A DNA stretch of 64,000 nucleotides from Candidatus Omnitrophota bacterium (GCA_030651065.1 JAUSCU010000077.1:13362-77361); one strand, 5' to 3'; shown: positions 17,929-26,050, counted from the stretch's first letter. Notes: a model not told the origin generated them from the letters alone. Program-made: numbers and translations.

Positions 17929-19023
17929 TTATAGCACCTTATCTTTGAGGGCAAGCAAAACTTTGTCCAGCTTCTCGTCCAGCGTTGCCCTGGGGTTGCC
18001 AGCAAAGTCCATGCTCTTGATGATCTCTGTGAGCCGTGAGGGGGTGTAGTTGCCATAGGACGAAAGGGTAGTGGCGATATATTCGTGTCCGAAGTTTTGG
18101 CTTACGGCTTTCATTTCTTCCCCGTCTTTGCAGGAAGCGACTGCCAAATTGACTGCAAGGTGTCGGAAGGTGTGCGGGGGGAAGTAGGGCAGACTTGCCG
18201 CCTGGGAACGCTTCTTAAAAATCTCTCTGATTCTGCCCGTCCCTTGCCAGAAGGCAGGTTCCACATCGGACGATGCCTCGAAGCTGAGGTTGTCCGCGCC
18301 CTGATCTAGCTTGGACCGGGGAAAGAGGGGGTCTTGGGAGCCAAAGCCCTTCCCTTCCAGGTGTTTCACCCAACCCGTTAGGAATCCCACCATCTTTTGG
18401 TCAAATGGGAAAATGGTGGTGGGGATCAGCTTGGCGAACTTGGTTTCGACCCCTTTTCTCGGATTTTGGAGGATGGTCAACTTCTCTTTGTCGAAGCACC
18501 CAAGCGGCAAGGTGGCAACAGCTCGATCCCTCATCCCACTCAGAAGCGTGAATGAAATCAACGCTCTGTCCCGCAGATCAACCTCGGTCTTCGGCTCGAT
18601 GGAATCAACGAGCTTTCGGACGTAATCCAGAGAAGGGTAGTTGCGCGGGGTAGATTGGGTGGCAATCCGCTCTTCTTTCTCTGTGATCTTGAGGTAGTCC
18701 ACCGCATTGGGTTTGATTCTGCTTCTGTATCCCGTTTCCCGAACAAGCCAGCCGAAGAACTTCCGCAGGTACCTCATGTAGGCATGGTAGGTAACAATGG
18801 AAATCGGCTTGCCCCGAAACGCCCGTTTTGCCAACCACTTTTTGAAGTCAATTGCCTTATCGGAGTTGTAAAGGGCGAAGTCCTCATTCTTGGAGAACTC
18901 CTGCCAAAGCAATATGGCGTTCTCGATGTTGTTGACGGTCGAATCGCAACAGCCGGCCGCCTCTTTCAACCACCTAAAAAACGACCTCTTCACCCGCTCA
19001 TTTTTGGCGCTTACTTTTCGCAT
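17929..19023 (-). CDS. Tyrosine-type site-specific integrase
   Basis: A C-terminal catalytic region with HTFRHLAV...LSSYGNY (the conserved R, H-x-x-R and Y) is present, and the N-terminal SAM-like region contains RDRALISFTLLSGMR. The protein is 364 aa. Confidence 0.75.
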   Translation of the reverse strand: MRKVSAKNERVKRSFFRWLKEAAGCCDSTVNNIENAILLWQEFSKNEDFALYNSDKAIDFKKWLAKRAFRGKPISIVTYHAYMRYLRKFFGWLVRETGYRSRIKPNAVDYLKITEKEERIATQSTPRNYPSLDYVRKLVDSIEPKTEVDLRDRALISFTLLSGMRDRAVATLPLGCFDKEKLTILQNPRKGVETKFAKLIPTTIFPFDQKMVGFLTGWVKHLEGKGFGSQDPLFPRSKLDQGADNLSFEASSDVEPAFWQGTGRIREIFKKRSQAASLPYFPPHTFRHLAVNLAVASCKDGEEMKAVSQNFGHEYIATTLSSYGNYTPSRLTEIIKSMDFAGNPRATLDEKLDKVLLALKDKVL

Positions 19024-19531
19024 TTTCCCGTCCTTTCAAGATGTCAGTCTTCACGGAGCTAATCCCACTACCGTTTATTACTTCCAGGGGTTCCGTGAAA
19101 ATCAGACCGTTTTTCGTCCATTCCGCCGCCTTTCGGTCGGAGGAAAAGAGGAGAAGCGACTGGTCGCAGACTTCGCAGACGCCCCGGAGCAAGACCTGTT
19201 TGTGGGTTTTCCCAAGCCGCCGTTGGGTTGCCTGGGCGGCAAGTCGGTCGGGGCGGCTCCTGCGGGGTTCCCTGCACCTGGGGCAGTAAAACTCTCCGAT
19301 CTTGAGGGGCTTCTTTCGGCTCCGAAGCCGCGCTTTCAGGAAATCCCGAAGGTCTTGTCCCATGACCAGGAACGGCCTGGTGTGGTCTTCCAGGATTTTT
19401 AACCCCTCTTTGTGCCATACCTGAACCGTTCGGACGTGGGTTTCCAGCTTCTCGGCGATGTCCGCGAAGGAGTATGCCCGCTTTGCCTTGAGGAGCCGGC
19501 CGTTATGCGTCCGATTTTTTCTCGTCCGCAT
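18998..19531 (-). CDS. Hypothetical HTH plus Cys4 zinc-ribbon protein
   Basis: An HTH-like stretch (AYSFADIAEKLETHVRTVQVWHKEGL) and a zinc-ribbon-like stretch (CPRC...CEVC) are present. Confidence 0.4.
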   Translation of the reverse strand: MRTRKNRTHNGRLLKAKRAYSFADIAEKLETHVRTVQVWHKEGLKILEDHTRPFLVMGQDLRDFLKARLRSRKKPLKIGEFYCPRCREPRRSRPDRLAAQATQRRLGKTHKQVLLRGVCEVCDQSLLLFSSDRKAAEWTKNGLIFTEPLEVINGSGISSVKTDILKGRENAKSKRQK

Positions 19532-19790
19532 CTTCCCTATCCAGCTTGTCCAGGAGCCGAAAAAGCCCCGTCATGTTCTCGGCAATCTCCCGCGCATCCT
19601 CAAGTGTGAGGGGATAGGGATAGCGGGGTTGCCAGAACTTGATCGTCCGTTGAAGAAACTCTTCGCTAAACTCAGCCATAAGGTGTCGCGCAATGTCCTT
19701 TATGGCTAATGGAGAAAAATCACCAACGAGAGCCGATTTCTTGATGGCAAAACGGGGTTTTAGAGGGAGTGGCAGGGCAAAAAAAGTCGG

Positions 19791-19845
19791 CGAAAAATCA
19801 CCGAGGCCGGTGATAAATCACCCAAGCGGGTGAAAAATCACCGAG
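19791..19845. repeat. Three direct iteron-like repeats, spaced 20 bp apart
   Basis: The repeats are cgaaaaatcaccgag at 19791-19805, tgataaatcacccaag at 19811-19826 and tgaaaaatcaccgag at 19831-19845. Confidence 0.55.
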
Positions 19846-21013
19846 AATCGGATTCGGGCGTCAGGTTGATCTTGATGCGGTAGGAACTGTTCTCTTTGTA
19901 GGGGTAGAACGGGTCGCCTTTGATACCGAAACAGTCCCGCAGGGTTTTCGAGAGAAGCTGTTTCTTCTTTTTCAGGGTATCTCTCGCTTCGGAATCGTCC
20001 CAAGAGAACTCCCCGCCCCTCATGGCGAGGAGCTTTAAAAACTCCCATTGTTGGTTAGGCTTGCGGTTCCTGGCGTCCTCAAAGCCCATTTCCTTGTAGT
20101 GGGCGGTTACGGGTGTCTTGGTATCCTTGCCAGAGATTTTCACGTTATGGCCGTCCAAGAACTGAACGGTGAGGGCATCCCATTTCAAATGCTGGAACGG
20201 TTTGGAAGCATCCTTTTTCTGGGCTAGCGGGATAGGCTGGGGTTCTGAGGTATCGGCATCGAATTGGCTTTCTGGCAGTTTCAGAAGCTCGGCTTTGAAA
20301 AGATTGAACCGCTTGATGTCAATTTCAACGCGTATGTCCAGGACCATACCAAGATTGGAATGAGGAAACTCGAATCGGTCCACCACCCCTTTGTTTTTCA
20401 GGAACAAGAGGGCATATCGTCTGGCATCGTGGTTTTGGGTAGAACTGGCGGGAACCCACGTAATCCGAACTATCTGCGATGGATTAAGCTGGAATTTCTC
20501 ATCAATATCCAGGACGGCCTCACGCACTTTCTGTTTGTTTAGCGGAGTAAGGTCGGACAGCTTAATTCTGCGCCTGTGGAGAAGAATCTCCCGCCAGTTA
20601 TTGAACTCGGAGAACAAGATAAGCGTAATGGGGATGCTTTCGGGAAGCGGCGCGGGTCTATATGCCGGAACCGGTTTTCTTACTTCGGATATGCCCGTAT
20701 AGTTCGGAAAAACAAACGTATCCTCTCTTTCGTTGGGCGGAATGAGTTCTTTCCCATAATTCGTTTGGCTGATCGCAAATGCGTGTGCGCTCTGCTCGAC
20801 CATCGTTTCCAACACTACCAGCGTTTCATAGCGATAAAGCTTATCCAGTTGATTTTTTGGATTTGGGGTTAGCGCCACTTCGCCGGACGTGTTGTTTTCA
20901 GTAGCCGCTATGAGCGCGTCGCAGACAATAGCGAACTTTTCTTTTCCATCTAATGACGGCGTTTTCTTCTTATACCGAAAATCGCTTGGGTCTGGATGCG
21001 GGACTATAGGCAT
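19838..21013 (-). CDS. Hypothetical protein (391 aa, AT-rich, no domain I recognise)
   Basis: This is a long ORF transcribed divergently from the plus-strand defence operon. Its composition matches the island. Confidence 0.4.
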   Translation of the reverse strand: MPIVPHPDPSDFRYKKKTPSLDGKEKFAIVCDALIAATENNTSGEVALTPNPKNQLDKLYRYETLVVLETMVEQSAHAFAISQTNYGKELIPPNEREDTFVFPNYTGISEVRKPVPAYRPAPLPESIPITLILFSEFNNWREILLHRRRIKLSDLTPLNKQKVREAVLDIDEKFQLNPSQIVRITWVPASSTQNHDARRYALLFLKNKGVVDRFEFPHSNLGMVLDIRVEIDIKRFNLFKAELLKLPESQFDADTSEPQPIPLAQKKDASKPFQHLKWDALTVQFLDGHNVKISGKDTKTPVTAHYKEMGFEDARNRKPNQQWEFLKLLAMRGGEFSWDDSEARDTLKKKKQLLSKTLRDCFGIKGDPFYPYKENSSYRIKINLTPESDSR

Positions 21014-21098
21014 TTCCGATCCTCATTGACTGCTGGCATTTAAGGCAACTTTAAGCATAATATAGCGTGAAAGGCCAGCTAACGGAACGAGCATTCGG

Positions 21099-21890
21099 AT
21101 GACCCCAACGCCCCCATTCTCTGAACGACACGGCTATCAGCCCCAAGCTAAACCCATAACTATTTGGCACGAAGCCCCGCCATTTATGAGAGCAGCCATT
21201 TTGTCTGTTGCTGCTAAATCGGGGTTTCATCCAAATGGTTTACGATCCGTGATATGCGCTGTCCTAGATGAGATCCCGAATACGGGGCAAAATTGGAGTC
21301 CATCAAATGTCCTAGAGGAATGTGAAGGCCTGATTCATGGTTGCGAATGGTTCGAGGTTTATGACATTTGCGAAGCTCTAGCACGGGAAAGGCCATCCTA
21401 TGACGTTGAGCCTGGAGTTTTTGAGAAGAATTTGAACAATTTTTTCTTGAAAAAAGGCATCGGCTGGAAGATGGAGAACGGTTTGTTGTCAGTGCGCGGA
21501 GAGCAGGACTATGAAAAGGTAACCGCCGAAGCCATAGGCATTTTAGAGCAATCGGGGCGGTCAACTGCCCTGGGGGAACTTAGAGAAGCAATACGGGATT
21601 TGGCGAGGCGTCCAGAGCCAGACTTAACGGGTGCTGTTCAACATGCTATGGCCGCTCTCGAATGTCTTGCTAGGGATATGTGCGACTCCAAAAAGACCTT
21701 AGGTGATCTAATTAGAGAATTAGGGCTTCCAGCGCCCGTTGATGTAGCAGTCGAGAAAATGTGGGGTTTCGCCAGCAATCAAGGACGCCATGTTGCGGAA
21801 GGCAAGAAGCCGGAGCTTCCAGAAACCATGCTGACCGTCCATTTTTGTTCCGCGATAGTCTCGTACCTGTTGCAGAGAAAAACAGCGTAA
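21099..21890 (+). CDS. AbiJ-N-terminal-domain-like protein (possible Abi/HEPN-associated)
   Basis: The N-terminus MTPTPPFSERHGYQPQAKPITIW matches, from memory, the FS[EQ]RxGY start of AbiJ-NTD4-type proteins. I could not verify the C-terminal domain. Confidence 0.3.
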   Translation: MTPTPPFSERHGYQPQAKPITIWHEAPPFMRAAILSVAAKSGFHPNGLRSVICAVLDEIPNTGQNWSPSNVLEECEGLIHGCEWFEVYDICEALARERPSYDVEPGVFEKNLNNFFLKKGIGWKMENGLLSVRGEQDYEKVTAEAIGILEQSGRSTALGELREAIRDLARRPEPDLTGAVQHAMAALECLARDMCDSKKTLGDLIRELGLPAPVDVAVEKMWGFASNQGRHVAEGKKPELPETMLTVHFCSAIVSYLLQRKTA

Positions 21891-21936
21891 TAAGAAGATG
21901 GGGAACGGAGCAATCTAGCATTAGGCGGAGGTTGTC

Positions 21937-22635
21937 GTGAAAACATTACTCTGGGCGGTTGTGGTCATCGGCACGGTAGGTGCGCTCTTAGCCGGATTTA
22001 TACTCGTCCTTCTTAGATTGCGCGAAACAACCTTTGTGAGTGGGGAGTTTTTCAGGGAAACGATGGCTCAGATTATCGCGGGGTTGTTGATTGCCCTCAT
22101 TGCTTCTCTTGCCTCATTTTGGTCAGCCTATGGGTTATATAAGCTCCAGGAGAACGACAAGGTTGCTTCTTCGCAGGCAGATGCTTTCATAAAGATTAAA
22201 AACGAGGTCTCCGAAAATCGGTTAACTCTTGGACAAGAACTAAAACGAGAAAAACCTCTTGTTCGTAATCTTTTAAAAACAGAAGCTTGGGACGCGGGAA
22301 AGTATCAGACTCCAATAAAGACACCCTTGCTACTCGATGGGCTGAAACTCCTGTACGATTTAATCGAAAAATACAACTGGCACACTAATTTCCTTCGCTT
22401 CAAGGTCATGGAGCAAGGCTTGACCCAACAAGGCGTTCCCGAAACCGTCTGGAAATCTGATGCCGCAATAATGAAAGAAGTTTATTCAAAACTAGAGGAA
22501 TTTGAGAACCTCACGACGCGGGAGCTTATTTTGCTGGGTCACGGCTCTCAAAGTGAATTTGAGAAGAGATTCGGACCCTGGCAGGCGCAGGTTGATATTT
22601 CGTTTTTTAAACAGGCCGCCAAAGACGGCAAGTAG
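21937..22635 (+). CDS. Small membrane protein with two TM helices
   Basis: The first TM helix is LLWAVVVIGTVGALLAGFILVLL and the second is IIAGLLIALIASLASFWSAYGL. A soluble C-terminus of about 150 aa follows. A 3-bp gap separates it from the next gene. Confidence 0.5.
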   Translation: MKTLLWAVVVIGTVGALLAGFILVLLRLRETTFVSGEFFRETMAQIIAGLLIALIASLASFWSAYGLYKLQENDKVASSQADAFIKIKNEVSENRLTLGQELKREKPLVRNLLKTEAWDAGKYQTPIKTPLLLDGLKLLYDLIEKYNWHTNFLRFKVMEQGLTQQGVPETVWKSDAAIMKEVYSKLEEFENLTTRELILLGHGSQSEFEKRFGPWQAQVDISFFKQAAKDGK

Positions 22636-22638
22636 CTA

Positions 22639-23511
22639 ATGAACGAGCCGGCAGTAAGTTTCGATTGTTGTGTTGAGGGTTACCTCAACAATTTTCAATG
22701 TGACAATCCAAGCGTTTTTGAGGGTGCTCCGGGGGTTATGCTGTCCCCGTTAAGTGATGAGGAAAAAAGAGAACTCAAAAATATCTCGGCATTCCATTCC
22801 GGTTATTCATTTGCTGAATGGAAATTAGAAATAAGTTTGTCATCGGTAACTGGAATAGGCGAAGCTGATAATAAAGCAGAAGCAATAATCCAGGATGTCG
22901 TAACTTCGCTTAGATTAACCAAGTCGGGTGGAGTAGAGATCCGCACTTTGAGATTTAGATCGGATAACCTCCCTCCTAATATTTCATTCCTTAATAATTC
23001 GGGCGTAACCAATCCGCAACCGAGCTATAGAGAAGGTACGTATCAATGTTCCGGGTCGGATCTCGAACAAACCCGTAACATCTATAGAAAACTACAGCAA
23101 GCCGTTTCGAGCAGATTGCGGATAGGAATCGGCCGCTTCAACACCGCATACCTAGATTATCGTGATGAAGATAAGTTGATCGACAATATCACAGCTTTGG
23201 AAGCCCTTTTATTGCGAGAATCACAAGAGCTAAGTTTGAGGCTATCCCTGCGCTGTGCTTGTTTGCTTCGTAAAGGAGATGAGCGCAAAACGCTGTTTGA
23301 GTTCGTGAAAGAGGCTTACTCTTGGCGCAACAAGCTAATTCACGGGGGACAATATAATCTCCCGGACGAGCTTGTAGTAGGCCAAACCAAATTTAACAAG
23401 CATTCCTTCCTAGTATTTCTGCAACAAGTAGTTCGTGACTGCATAAAACTTTCTTTAATGAATTCGGAAATGGTCGATAAGAAAAATCTCGAAAATCTAA
23501 ATCCATTCTAG
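22639..23511 (+). CDS. HEPN-domain protein (Rx4H motif), Abi/Apea-like
   Basis: The C-terminal region ITALEALLLRE...LRLSLRCACLL...VKEAYSWRNKLIHGG contains the R-x4-H HEPN RNase signature. A 2-bp gap separates it from the SIR2 gene. Confidence 0.55.
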   Translation: MNEPAVSFDCCVEGYLNNFQCDNPSVFEGAPGVMLSPLSDEEKRELKNISAFHSGYSFAEWKLEISLSSVTGIGEADNKAEAIIQDVVTSLRLTKSGGVEIRTLRFRSDNLPPNISFLNNSGVTNPQPSYREGTYQCSGSDLEQTRNIYRKLQQAVSSRLRIGIGRFNTAYLDYRDEDKLIDNITALEALLLRESQELSLRLSLRCACLLRKGDERKTLFEFVKEAYSWRNKLIHGGQYNLPDELVVGQTKFNKHSFLVFLQQVVRDCIKLSLMNSEMVDKKNLENLNPF

Positions 23512-23513
23512 AA

Positions 23514-24557
23514 ATGAGTTCTCCTGATGAATTTAGCGTTACAAAAGAGCAGGAAATCCGCCAGTTGGCTATGTTGAGACCTCATGTGGTGATCGTCGGA
23601 GCCGGCGCCTCGGTCGCATCATTTCCGCGTGGCGACAGGAATGGTCGAATGCTTCCTGTGATGGATAACTTGGTAGAAGTATTACAGCTCCGAAATTTGT
23701 TTGAAAAACATGGCGTGAAGCATGAGGGAATCGGTTTTGAGACATTATATGCTGAGCTTTATGAGGACGAAAAACTTCGCCCATTATGCACGGGGCTGGA
23801 AGAGCGAATCTCAGAGTATTTTCAACAGGTAGAAATTGTCGACGATCCTACTATTTACGACCATTTAGTGCTTTCCCTTCGGAAAAAGGATGTCCTAGCT
23901 TCTTTTAATTGGGACCCTCTTTTGCTGCAGGCCTATTTGCGGGTCGGCCATAAAGGGTTTCATGTGCCGCGATTAATTTTCCTGCATGGCAATGTGGGAA
24001 TTGGTTTTTGTGAAAAAGACCGACAACTCGGAGTGAAGGGTCGCCTTTGTACTGAATGTAGAAAGAGCCTCGCGCCATCGAAATTGTTGTATCCGGTAAC
24101 TAAAAAAGATTACCAGTCAGACCCCATGATTAAAGGCCAATGGGACGAGTTATTGGCCGCCATGAAACGAGCTTTTATGATCACGATTTTTGGCTATTCT
24201 GCTCCTAAAACTGATGTTGGCGCGATCGATTTACTACTCAATGCATGGAAGGGGGAGCGCGAAAGAGAGCTAGAACAAGTTGAAATTATAGACATTAAAA
24301 CGGAAGAAGAACTTCGGCGGACGTGGGAACCATTCATTTTTTCTCACCATTACGAGACATTGACCGATTTCTATGAATCGTATCTAGCCCGACACCCCAG
24401 GAGAAGCGGGGAGGCGTACATGAATCAATTTATCGAAGGCAAATTCACGGAAGATAACCCACTGCCAAAGAGTGTCGGATTTGAAGAGCTAGAAAAGTGG
24501 GCGCAACCACTTCAACATCGAGAGACATTGGCTGGCTATTCTATGTTCTCTGGATAG
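23514..24557 (+). CDS. SIR2-like (SIR2_2 family) NAD-dependent protein, a candidate NADase effector
   Basis: VVIVGAGASVASFP is the SIR2_2 N-terminal Rossmann motif. FNWDPLL is the N-x-D motif containing the catalytic Asn. LHGNVG is the HG motif containing the catalytic His. A partial zinc module CEKD...CTEC is present. Confidence 0.7.
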   Translation: MSSPDEFSVTKEQEIRQLAMLRPHVVIVGAGASVASFPRGDRNGRMLPVMDNLVEVLQLRNLFEKHGVKHEGIGFETLYAELYEDEKLRPLCTGLEERISEYFQQVEIVDDPTIYDHLVLSLRKKDVLASFNWDPLLLQAYLRVGHKGFHVPRLIFLHGNVGIGFCEKDRQLGVKGRLCTECRKSLAPSKLLYPVTKKDYQSDPMIKGQWDELLAAMKRAFMITIFGYSAPKTDVGAIDLLLNAWKGERERELEQVEIIDIKTEEELRRTWEPFIFSHHYETLTDFYESYLARHPRRSGEAYMNQFIEGKFTEDNPLPKSVGFEELEKWAQPLQHRETLAGYSMFSG

Positions 24558-24626
24558 CTGATTTTATGATTCAATAGGGACATCTCTGCGACTGTTGGGA
24601 AGTGAGGATTGGTTTCAAGGATATTC

Positions 24627-24668
24627 CCGTACAGGAAGCAGTTGCGAAGTTCGTCCAGTACGGGGAGT
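24627..24668. repeat. 41-bp hairpin-containing repeat, copy A
   Basis: The sequence ccgtacaggaagcagttgcgaagttcgtccagtacggggagt has palindromic arms CCGTAC/GTACGG. It is about 108 bp upstream of the gene at 24776. Confidence 0.6.
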
Positions 24669-24775
24669 CTTCCTTTGTTCATTTTCCATTCAGACAGACG
24701 ACCCGGCCGGGGCGCCCTCTTTGGACGGGAAAGCCCTTCTAGGAGTATACTGAATCCAATTCAGGAGGTGACGCG

Positions 24776-25174
24776 ATGAAGAAGAGCTGGTTACAGGGGC
24801 TCACCCTGGCATTGGTTATTGTAGGAACGGTTTTCCTCTTCCGGGTTGGCGTGGGAATCTCAAGTGAGAAGGCACGTCTGCAGGACGACGCGTCCGTTGA
24901 AGGTTCCGTCGTTTCTCTCGATCAATCCTCTCCCATTCCGGTCCTCGATTTAAAGACAGCCGACGACAAGATCGTCAAGATAAACATCGACAGCGAAACC
25001 ACCGTTTTGCAGGATAACCAGGTCGGCTCGTTGGGCCAACTGGCTCCCGGCCAGCGCGTGAAGGTCCATTACGGGACCAAGAACGGAAAGCAGGTCACCA
25101 CCTCCGTTGTCATCATTTCGCCCCTTCTCAGTTTTCCACCTGCGAATGAGCAGCCCCATCCCCTTGGGGAGTAG
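24776..25174 (+). CDS. Secreted hypothetical protein with a beta-rich OB-like fold
   Basis: A signal/TM segment (LTLALVIVGTVFLF) is present, and the coding pattern is good. Confidence 0.4.
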   Translation: MKKSWLQGLTLALVIVGTVFLFRVGVGISSEKARLQDDASVEGSVVSLDQSSPIPVLDLKTADDKIVKINIDSETTVLQDNQVGSLGQLAPGQRVKVHYGTKNGKQVTTSVVIISPLLSFPPANEQPHPLGE

Positions 25175-25216
25175 CGCGCGCGTTTCACCGACAAATAAAC
25201 CTAAAGGAGGTGCGCC

Positions 25217-25390
25217 ATGTTGTCATGGTCACTGGCGTTCTTTGTCATCGCGATCATCGCCGGCATTTTCGGCTTCACGGGGATAGCCGCCGGCGCCGTC
25301 GAAATCGCGAAAATCCTGTTTCTGCTTTTCCTCGTGCTGTTCCTCGTGTCTCTTGTTTTCGCGCTGCTCTTAGTGCGCCCCAGGTCTTAG
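25217..25390 (+). CDS. UPF0391/DUF1328 small membrane protein (57 aa)
   Basis: My hand translation gives [58 protein letters not shown] strong RBS (AAGGAGG) lies 6 nt upstream. Confidence 0.6.
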   Translation: MLSWSLAFFVIAIIAGIFGFTGIAAGAVEIAKILFLLFLVLFLVSLVFALLLVRPRS

Positions 25391-25933
25391 ATGAGCGCAT
25401 TTGCCGATCGGATCGTTCGGGCCGCGAGGCTTGACCCGAGTTTGTACGAAGAAGTGGAGGCGGACCGGGCCGCTTTCCCCCAGGCTGCGGCAACGGTGGT
25501 TTTATCAAGCGTTGCAGCGGGATTGGGACTGCTTTGGCCTGGGGTAGGCCTGGAAGGGTTGTTTTGGGGCACTCTGGCGGCCCTCGTGGGATGGGTTGCC
25601 TGGGCGTGCGTGATCTGTTTTGTGGGGACTCAGCTACTCCCGGGATCTCAGACCTCCTCCAACATGGGGGAGGTGTTGCGGTGCGTTGGATTTGCCAGCG
25701 CCCCCGGTTTGATCCGCGTTCTGGGGGTGTTTGCGCCGATTCGGCCGGTTGTTTTCCTTGTCGTTTCGGTTTGGATGCTGGCCGCCACGATTGTGGCTGT
25801 CCGGCAGGCGCTTGATTATTCGAGCACGCTCAAGGCAGTTGTTGTCTGTCTCGTCGGATGGGTGATTCAAATCCTGGTACTCGTGGCCATCCTGCGGCTT
25901 AGCGGAGCGCCCTATCTGGTTGTAACTCCCTAG
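25391..25933 (+). CDS. Yip1-family membrane protein
   Basis: The N-terminal soluble segment is followed by about 5 TM helices, which matches the Yip1/DUF1282 pattern. Confidence 0.5.
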   Translation: MSAFADRIVRAARLDPSLYEEVEADRAAFPQAAATVVLSSVAAGLGLLWPGVGLEGLFWGTLAALVGWVAWACVICFVGTQLLPGSQTSSNMGEVLRCVGFASAPGLIRVLGVFAPIRPVVFLVVSVWMLAATIVAVRQALDYSSTLKAVVVCLVGWVIQILVLVAILRLSGAPYLVVTP

Positions 25934-25966
25934 CCCTGCCAGCATAGAGGATCAAAGACAGGTTTT

Positions 25967-26008
25967 CCGTACAGAAAGCAGTTGCGAAGTTCGTCCAGTA
26001 CGGGGAGT
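25967..26008. repeat. 41-bp hairpin-containing repeat, copy B
   Basis: The sequence ccgtacagaaagcagttgcgaagttcgtccagtacggggagt differs from copy A by 1 nt. It lies upstream of the LpxL-like gene. Confidence 0.6.
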
Positions 26009-26050
26009 TTTGGGGGGCGGAGGATGATCTCCTCCGCCCTTTTTCTTTAG

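Larger units (their letters stand above)
14023..24716. mobile_element. Integrated genomic island at tRNA-Asn. It is likely a composite of a serine-recombinase element and a tyrosine-integrase element, and it carries a defence cargo.
   Basis: An integrase ORF terminates inside the tRNA anticodon loop, and two recombinases are present. GC content drops markedly over about 15.6-17.7 kb and 19.8-24.6 kb compared with the flanking DNA. An imperfect 13/15 match to the tRNA 3' end (cccggccggggcgcc at 24702..24716) marks a tentative right boundary. Confidence 0.5.

Noticed and set aside
19791-19845. A possible CRISPR array
   Set aside because: There are only three short repeats of about 15 nt with spacers of about 5 nt. 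There is no repeat-spacer architecture, and no cas genes are present in the window.
21026-21063. TTGACT and CATAAT hexamers as a sigma-70 promoter for the defence operon
   Set aside because: The spacing between the hexamers is about 26 nt rather than 17±1, so they are not a credible -35/-10 pair as they stand.
24702-24716. The match cccggccggggcgcc to the tRNA-Asn 3' end (cctggccggggagcc) as attR
   Set aside because: The match is only 13/15 in a GC-rich context, so it could be chance. I use it as a tentative island boundary only and do not report it as a definite att site.
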